A DNA stretch of 24,000 nt. Origin: Planctomycetia bacterium (GTDB lineage: Bacteria; Planctomycetota; Planctomycetia; Pirellulales; Thermoguttaceae). Both the position numbers and the translations under genes were made by a program. The notes under the pieces are model-generated. The model made no database searches. It saw nothing but the letters and a program-made list of their open reading frames with translations, and was not told where the DNA came from. Below, piece by piece: positions 16,735 to 22,222 of the stretch; the first letter of the stretch is position 1; each line of letters begins with the position of its first letter. The stretch covers positions 1,469-25,468 of the forward strand of contig JAUNSU010000044.1 in NCBI GenBank assembly GCA_030539035.1, read 5' to 3'.

Positions 16735-16880
16735 CTCAAACTGGAAATAACCGATTTTTGAAACCGCGGATTTCGCAGATACTTTTTTGGTAAAAATACG
16801 TTTTCATCAAAAATATCAGTCCCGAATCTTATATGGATTTCATCCGCGGTTCCAAACAAAAATATTTTTACAGTATGAAA
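16735..16880 (+). mobile_element. MITE copy B (about 146 bp) in the rtcB-rtcA intergenic spacer
   Basis: Copy B aligns end to end with copy C at roughly 90% identity by eye, apart from a 19-bp deletion. The ends are CTCAAACTGGAAATAACCGATTTTTGAAACCGCGGAT and ATCCGCGGTTCCAAACAAAAATATTTTTACAGTATGAAA. The flanks are TCTGGTA (16728-16734) and TTTGGTA (16881-16887), a 6/7 match. The element fills 146 of the 185 nt between the rtcB stop (16894) and the rtcA start (16708). Confidence 0.8.
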
Positions 16881-16893
16881 TTTGGTATTAAGA

Positions 16894-18369
16894 TCAATCA
16901 TCGGGTTTATCACCGTCTTTGATTACAAAGCGCGCTTTCAGTCGGGCAACGACCGAAGCCAATCCGGCTTCCTGAACGCTTTTGATCACCTCGTCGAAAT
17001 TTTTATAAGCGGCGGGCGACTCATCCAGCGGATAATTCCGGCAGTTGACCAGAATATCGGAATCATCAAATTGAAGATTAACCTGTTTTTGATTGAGTGT
17101 GCGGCATGCGTCCCGGCGTCCGAGCACACGGCCCGCCCCATGATTGATGCTGAAGCAACTCAATCTCGCGCCGGGATCGGCGACCATTACCGCGGATCCT
17201 CCGACCGGATTGCCCGGCAGCAGAATCGGGTGTCCGGTCGATTCGAAAGGAGTTCCTTCGAGGCCGGGGTGGCCCGCCGGAAATGCCCGGGTCGCTCCTT
17301 TGCGATGAACCAGCATCGATTGCCCGTCCAGAACTTCACGGCGGACAATATTATGGCTGATCAGATAAATGAATTTGGCCTGAACATCCGGAAAGATCTC
17401 CTGAAAGGCTTCCACTATCAGTGTATTGATCAGAAGATGATTGACGGTCGCAAAGTTCGCCGCAAGGGCCATATCATCCAGATAATCATCTCCTTCATGC
17501 GACCCGCATCGGGCATAAACGAGATGGGTATCTCCGCCGGGAAACGGCGTTCCTGTCTTTTTAAAGTATTCGCGAAGGATCCGAAATTGTTCGACGGCAA
17601 CGATATTTCCGAATCCCCGGCTTCCGCAATGGGAAAGGAAAGAGATCTGTCCGTCTTTCAGGCCGAAGACTTCGGCGCATTTTCTGGCCCGATCGTTTTC
17701 TTCGATTTGAGTGATCTCACATTCGCCGAAATGATTTCCGCCGCCGTAGGATCCCAACTGCCGCATCTTTTCGCGGAAAGCGCTCAGATATTTTTCTTTG
17801 GTGATCCGTTCCAGACGGGCCTTCAGGGACTTTTCTGAACGATCATGTCCGCGATGAAAGGCATCTTCGCAGCGTTCCGTCCATTCGAAAGGGATCCCCA
17901 TCTGTTCGCAAACGGAGGGACTTGGTCCTTCGATAAGGGCCTGAACGGCGAGATCCAAAGGAATATGCCTGGACTTTGGAACATTTCTTTGCCCCTGGCC
18001 CGGTCCGGTCGGGGTTCGAGCGCAGATCGCGTTGATCAGATCGCGCCGGATCCGTTTGTCCCTGATCTCTTCTTCCGGAAGATCGAACTGGATCAGGCTC
18101 ATCGAACACTTGACATCGACGCCGACCGGGCCGGGATAGATATGATCCGGCGATACCATTACACATCCGATGGGCGCTCCGTATCCGATATGCGCGTCCG
18201 GATTCAGAATCACTTCGGAGATGCCGGGCGCGCTTCTTGCGTTTATTGCCTGTTGAAGAGTCGCTTCATCAAAAGTATTCCGAATTTCTTCTGTTCCAAT
18301 TACGGTGATCGGCGGCAATCCGTCCGCGATCAGTTCCGAAGTTGCCGGTCCGGTAATTTTGTATTCCAT
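16894..18369 (-). CDS. rtcB: RNA-splicing/repair ligase RtcB (3'-phosphate/5'-OH ligase)
   Basis: Motifs are NPDAHIGYGAPIGCV, HCGSRGFG (cf. HSGSRG) and SINHGAGR (the GMP-His nucleophile region). An AAGGAG Shine-Dalgarno lies 10 nt upstream of the ATG. Confidence 0.95.
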   Translation of the reverse strand: MEYKITGPATSELIADGLPPITVIGTEEIRNTFDEATLQQAINARSAPGISEVILNPDAHIGYGAPIGCVMVSPDHIYPGPVGVDVKCSMSLIQFDLPEEEIRDKRIRRDLINAICARTPTGPGQGQRNVPKSRHIPLDLAVQALIEGPSPSVCEQMGIPFEWTERCEDAFHRGHDRSEKSLKARLERITKEKYLSAFREKMRQLGSYGGGNHFGECEITQIEENDRARKCAEVFGLKDGQISFLSHCGSRGFGNIVAVEQFRILREYFKKTGTPFPGGDTHLVYARCGSHEGDDYLDDMALAANFATVNHLLINTLIVEAFQEIFPDVQAKFIYLISHNIVRREVLDGQSMLVHRKGATRAFPAGHPGLEGTPFESTGHPILLPGNPVGGSAVMVADPGARLSCFSINHGAGRVLGRRDACRTLNQKQVNLQFDDSDILVNCRNYPLDESPAAYKNFDEVIKSVQEAGLASVVARLKARFVIKDGDKPDD

Positions 18370-18447
18370 CTGTTTCTTGCTCCTTGTTTTTGAATTCCTT
18401 CTCTTGATTTTCTATTATCGAAAATTTACCAGTATTTTCAATATCAC

Positions 18448-18463
18448 TGCAATAAGAATGCCA
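18448..18463 (-). promoter_or_regulatory. Sigma54 (-24/-12) promoter of rtcBA
   Basis: The minus strand reads TGGCAT-TCTTA-TTGCA, matching the TGGCAC-N5-TTGCW consensus with correct GG/GC spacing. It lies about 79 nt upstream of the rtcB ATG. The locus encodes the cognate sigma54 activator RtcR divergently. Confidence 0.7.
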
Positions 18464-18562
18464 AAAAAAACTTTTTATAAAAACACGTGAAATACGGGTC
18501 ATTGACAAAATCCCGAAAGGAAGGTATTATAAAATTTTATAAAAGATTATATAATTATATCA

Positions 18563-18726
18563 CTCAAACTGTAAATAACCGATTTTGAAACCACGGATTT
18601 TCATGGATGCTTTTTTGATAAAAACACGTTTTCATCAAAAATATCAGCCCCGAATCTTATATCGATTTCATCCGTGTTTATCCGTGTCATCCGTGGTTCC
18701 AAACAAAAATATTTTTACAGTATGAG
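18563..18726 (+). mobile_element. MITE copy C (164 bp) between the rtcBA sigma54 promoter and rtcR
   Basis: The ends are CTCAAACTGTAAATAACCGATTTTGAAACCACGGAT and ATCCGTGGTTCCAAACAAAAATATTTTTACAGTATGAG. There is a perfect 7-bp duplication TATATCA at 18556-18562 and 18727-18733. Three ATCCGTG heptamers lie at 18670, 18680 and 18689. Confidence 0.85.
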
Positions 18727-18786
18727 TATATCAATTTTATCCGAAAAACTCGATTTTTTCGGGGAAATTTTTTTGAGAGCAAAGCA

Positions 18787-20397
18787 ATGTCCGGTAAAAA
18801 AACGATCGTTTACGGAATTCTTGGATCCATGCTTGATTTTTCTCCGCGAAACGCGAAGCGGTGGAATAAATGGCGGCCAACAGTGGGGATCTGTCAACAG
18901 GAAGATTTTCTGATCGATCAGTATCATCTTTTTTACGGTTCCAAAGAAAAGGATCTTTTGGTGAATATTACGAAAGATATTGCGGCAGTATCTCCGGAAA
19001 CGGAAATCGTTCCCCATCTTTTGGAGATTGATGATCGTTGGGATTTTCTGGAGGTTTTTCAAACCTTTCATCAATTTGCCGTTTCCCGCAATTTTGATCC
19101 GGAGAAGGAAAATTATCTGATTAATATTACGACCGGAACACATGTCGAACAGATCTGTCTTTTTCTTTTGACGGAATCGCGCCATTTTCCGGCCCGCATT
19201 CTTCAATGTTCTCCATCGCGTAAGACAGAAGGAACCTATCAGATCATCGATTTGAATCTTGCCCGATACGATCAGCTGGCCGGACGGTTCGCGATGGAAA
19301 AATTGAAATCGACGGATCTTTTGAAATCGGGAATAGAAACGAAAAACAGAAAGTTCAATGAGATGATCGAGATGATCGAACAGATCGCGCTGCGAAGCCG
19401 ATCTCCGATTCTTTTGACCGGATCGACCGGTGTCGGAAAAACCATGCTTGCCAAAAAAATCTTCGAATTGAAGAAAATGCGAAAACATATTGAAGGGCGG
19501 CTGATCATCATTAATTGCGCAACACTTCATGGAGATCAGATGAAATCGGCGTTTTTCGGGCATGTGAAAGGAGCTTTTACCGGTGCGGATCAGAATCGAA
19601 CCGGACTTCTTCGGCAGGCGGATCAGGGCGTTCTTTTTCTGGATGAAATTGGTGAACTTGGACTGGACGAACAGGCGGCGCTTCTTCACGCGATCGAGGA
19701 GAAGAAATTTTATCCGGTTGGATCCGATAAAGAGATCGCGTCCGATTTTCAACTGATCGCGGGAACGAATCGGAACCTGAACAGGGAAGTTCAACTTGGA
19801 AAATTTCGAGACGATCTTCTTGCGCGGATCAATTTATGGACATTTCATCTGCCCGGCCTTTCTGATCGAAAGGAGGATATTGCGCCGAACATCGATTACG
19901 AACTGCGCCGGTTTTCCGAGGAGACCGGATCCATTTTGCGATTTAATTCCGATGCGTTGAAATTGTATTTGGCCTTTGCCCGATCGCCGGAAGCGGTTTG
20001 GAGCGGGAATTTTCGCGATCTCGCCGCATCCATTTCCAGATTGGGAACTCTTTCGAATAATTACCGGATCAGTATAAGCGATGTGAAAAAGGAGATCGAG
20101 CGTCTTCGAACAGGCTGGCAATCCGGATCCATTTCGAATGATCCGGGCAAAGATGATCTGATCGAAAAATATCTCGGCAAGGAACAAACGGATCAGATCG
20201 ACCGGTTTGATCGTCCGCAACTGGAAGAGGTCCTTCGTATCTGTCTTCATTCCGCGAGTCTTTCGGAAGCCGGTCGAATTCTGTTCGATTGTTCCCGAAA
20301 AAAACGCACGTCCGTCAACGATGCTGATCGTCTGCGAAAATATCTCGCAAAATTCAATTTGTCCTGGGAAGAAATCGAATCAGAAATGAGTGATTAG
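18787..20397 (+). CDS. rtcR: Sigma54-dependent transcriptional activator RtcR (N-terminal CARF-like sensor, AAA+ domain, C-terminal HTH)
   Basis: The N-terminus KKTIVYGILGSMLDFSPRNAKRWNKWRPTVGICQQEDF is the RtcR/CARF-type domain. Walker A is GSTGVGKT and Walker B is VLFLDEIGEL. GAFTGA is the sigma54-contact loop. The gene is divergent from rtcBA. Confidence 0.92.
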   Translation: MSGKKTIVYGILGSMLDFSPRNAKRWNKWRPTVGICQQEDFLIDQYHLFYGSKEKDLLVNITKDIAAVSPETEIVPHLLEIDDRWDFLEVFQTFHQFAVSRNFDPEKENYLINITTGTHVEQICLFLLTESRHFPARILQCSPSRKTEGTYQIIDLNLARYDQLAGRFAMEKLKSTDLLKSGIETKNRKFNEMIEMIEQIALRSRSPILLTGSTGVGKTMLAKKIFELKKMRKHIEGRLIIINCATLHGDQMKSAFFGHVKGAFTGADQNRTGLLRQADQGVLFLDEIGELGLDEQAALLHAIEEKKFYPVGSDKEIASDFQLIAGTNRNLNREVQLGKFRDDLLARINLWTFHLPGLSDRKEDIAPNIDYELRRFSEETGSILRFNSDALKLYLAFARSPEAVWSGNFRDLAASISRLGTLSNNYRISISDVKKEIERLRTGWQSGSISNDPGKDDLIEKYLGKEQTDQIDRFDRPQLEEVLRICLHSASLSEAGRILFDCSRKKRTSVNDADRLRKYLAKFNLSWEEIESEMSD

Positions 20398-20505
20398 GGG
20401 AAAACAGCGGCAACGCCGCCGCTCTGTGTAAGGGTTGAAATCTCTAAAAAACATAATCTCCATTAACCCAAGCGCCGGAGGCGCTGGTCCCCGCTAATCA
20501 CTCAT
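20386..20505. other. About 120-nt cloverleaf-like structured element (candidate ncRNA, 3'-UTR structure or palindromic element) overlapping the rtcR stop codon
   Basis: A perfect 12-bp closing stem pairs ATGAGTGATTAG (20386-20397) with CTAATCACTCAT (20494-20505) and extends by GGG/CCC. Inside it are two GC hairpins, AGCGGC-aacgcc-GCCGCT (20406-20423) and AGCGCC-gga-GGCGCT (20471-20485). They flank a GGGTT...AACCC stem (20432-20469) with an AT-rich loop containing two AATCTC repeats. No T-run follows on either strand. Confidence 0.3.
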
Positions 20506-20675
20506 TATAAGTTCCCTAATTCGTTCGCTTAGCTCCCTTCATTACGGGCTTGCGGTCGCTCCCAGTACACGCTCCGCGCGATTCGCGAATAATCGCTGCC
20601 GTTGGCAGTATCCCCTGTTCGGGACGTTGATTATTGGATGTTCCCCGAAGTTGACTATACGGTCAACAAAGAGAT

Positions 20676-21158
20676 CTACCAGCGAACAGTGCTCGAAACG
20701 TCGGAAGGATTTCCCAGCAAAGAAAAAAGCTGCAATATCGCGGACAAATGGACAAAACGGGGTCCATATCGATCAAGAAAATCACCTATGCAGTATTCAT
20801 TATCGACCATGTCCTCGAATTTGAGATCGACTTCATCCGCCGCGGCAGAAATTACATCGGTTTGAATCTGCGCCAATTTATCAGCGGCATTACGACAGGA
20901 TCGGGCAAGGTTCGGATTCGCGTTTTTCCACTGGAAAAGTTCCTGATCTCTCTGCTGCTGGCCCGCGCTCATGATTATGATCATCTTTTGCAAAAGATCA
21001 TTTTGACGGTTTTGCGCTGCGATCAAATTTTTTAACAAAGACTCAATATTTCCGCTGTCGGATCCGCTTTCTGATGAATTTTGCGGAACATCATCGTTTC
21101 TTAAGACATCCATTTGTGTATATCCCTGCTGATTCTTCGATGGTGATTTCATTTTCAT
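20676..21158 (-). CDS. Hypothetical protein (160 aa; possibly starting at the second ATG, 21152)
   Basis: ORF track entry. GGGAGA lies directly upstream of the first ATG, giving better spacing to the second ATG. The N-terminus is Q/N/S-rich and low-complexity, followed by a predicted helical region (ELFQWKNANPNLARSCRNAADKLAQIQTDV...FLDRYGPRFVHLSAILQLFSLL). No recognisable motif. Confidence 0.6.
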   Translation of the reverse strand: MKMKSPSKNQQGYTQMDVLRNDDVPQNSSESGSDSGNIESLLKNLIAAQNRQNDLLQKMIIIMSAGQQQRDQELFQWKNANPNLARSCRNAADKLAQIQTDVISAAADEVDLKFEDMVDNEYCIGDFLDRYGPRFVHLSAILQLFSLLGNPSDVSSTVRW

Positions 21159-21293
21159 TCTCCCAAAGGCCCGTCCGTCTTTCGATCACCTTTTCCGCAA
21201 ACAAACACTCCGGCTTGATCCAACACTTTAAAAGGACAAAGCGCGCACTGTGAAGGCAAATCCTGAATTTGGGCCGATTTCGTCAAAAATTCC

Positions 21294-21350
21294 TTTTTTG
21301 CCCCTCTTAATCCCTATCATACCGAAAATTTCGATTTTAGGGGCAAAAAA
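21294..21350. repeat. Inverted repeat or hairpin in the divergent intergenic region
   Basis: TTTTTTGCCCCT (21294-21305) and AGGGGCAAAAAA (21339-21350) form a perfect 12-bp stem around a 33-nt loop. The loop itself contains the palindrome CGAAAATTTCG. Confidence 0.45.
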
Positions 21351-21510
21351 ATGAAAAATTTGGTCTTTTTTACAAATTTTCTGTTTCTTTTTCAATTTAG
21401 AAGTACATTATATTTACAGGATAGGAAAAAAAGGAAATTTATACTGTTGACATTTGGCCCGATTTATTCCAAAAATCGAAAAAGTCCCTTCAGAAAAAGG
21501 ATTTTCTTCT

Positions 21511-21610
21511 GGATCGGATTGAAAATTAAGGTATAATAAACGCTTAACGCGGAGTTTATGTCGATGATCTGCGGATACAAAGATCGGATTTAAAAGAAGG
21601 TATAAAATTT
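21511..21610 (+). repeat. Two imperfect ~30-nt direct repeats 70 bp apart, just upstream of the 188-aa gene
   Basis: GGATCGGATTGAAAATTAAGGTATAATAAA (21511-21540) matches AGATCGGATTTAAAAGAAGGTATAAAATTT (21581-21610) at roughly 24/30 with one indel. The first is followed by an 11-codon mini-ORF (21558-21593, MSMICGYKDRI). The second is followed by the main ATG at 21617. Confidence 0.4.
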
Positions 21611-21616
21611 TTAAGA

Positions 21617-22183
21617 ATGTCTGCTGAATCGGAACCAAAAGAAGATCGGGTCGGTTTTATCACCGTATCCGGAAATATGAAGCAGGGATTTGTCGGCGGA
21701 TATCTCCTTTTGAACAGGGTCGGCCGTCCGTTGGAATTCCATTGCACAACGCCCGTGGTTCCCAACCGCGCCCAAGAGATCCTTTACGGCAATACCCTTC
21801 GGTCGTATTTGTTCGGAGATCAGATCGCGCAGGCCCTTCTTGCGTATTCCAAGCCGGATCTTTCCATGATCTTTACCAATCTTCCGGAAATTCTTCTCGC
21901 GCAAAAAGAGACCGAGCTTCCCCTGATCTTCATTTTGGCCCGCAAACCCGATCAGGTGTTTTCCGAAGAAAATTTCCGCGAAAAACTCGCGTCTGTTCCC
22001 GGTCTGATCCCGGATCAGTGGGAATTTTTGTCCAAGGATAAATACATTCTTGTTTTCACAAGAGAAAAAGTTAAATCGGACTCCTCGCTTTCCTCTCAAT
22101 TCGATCTCCTTCTCGCTTCCATGGAACCGATGGAACCGTTCGATCGAATCCGATCGGCCGTCGAGGAAGCACGCAAACAATAA
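21617..22183 (+). CDS. Hypothetical protein (188 aa)
   Basis: ORF track entry. The core looks well ordered (GFVGGYLLLNRVGRPLEFHCTTPVVPNRAQEILYGNTLRSYLFGDQIAQALL). I cannot assign a family. It is followed 40 nt later by the large membrane protein gene on the same strand. Confidence 0.65.
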   Translation: MSAESEPKEDRVGFITVSGNMKQGFVGGYLLLNRVGRPLEFHCTTPVVPNRAQEILYGNTLRSYLFGDQIAQALLAYSKPDLSMIFTNLPEILLAQKETELPLIFILARKPDQVFSEENFREKLASVPGLIPDQWEFLSKDKYILVFTREKVKSDSSLSSQFDLLLASMEPMEPFDRIRSAVEEARKQ

Positions 22184-22222
22184 ACACCCCCTTTATTAGT
22201 GATTAGACAAAATGGATGGTTT

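Noticed and set aside
15755-17838. Plus-strand ORFs of 266 aa (15755-16555) and 318 aa (16882-17838) opposite rtcA and rtcB. The 359-aa minus-strand ORF at 18715-19794 opposite rtcR is the same kind of case.
   Set aside because: The opposite-strand genes are unambiguous (RtcA, RtcB and RtcR signatures). The antisense translations are arginine-rich nonsense.
18670-18695. Short regularly spaced repeats (ATCCGTG x3), considered as a possible CRISPR-like or iteron array.
   Set aside because: The repeat unit is only 7 bp with 2-3 nt spacers and lies inside a TIR-bounded mobile element. There are no cas genes and nothing resembling 25-40 bp repeats with unique spacers anywhere in the window.
20386-20505. 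The cloverleaf element, considered as a tRNA gene or a retron msr/msd.
   Set aside because: It has no GTTCRANNC T-loop, no D-loop or anticodon-arm geometry, and at about 120 nt it is too long for a tRNA. No reverse transcriptase gene is present in the window, so a retron assignment is unsupported. It is kept only as an unclassified structured element.
21351-21536. A 61-aa ORF (MKNLVFFTNFLFLFQFRS...) in the divergent intergenic region.
   Set aside because: The translation is low-complexity, F/K-rich and derived from A/T-rich DNA. It overlaps the repeats and candidate promoter elements and has no Shine-Dalgarno. It is more likely non-coding.
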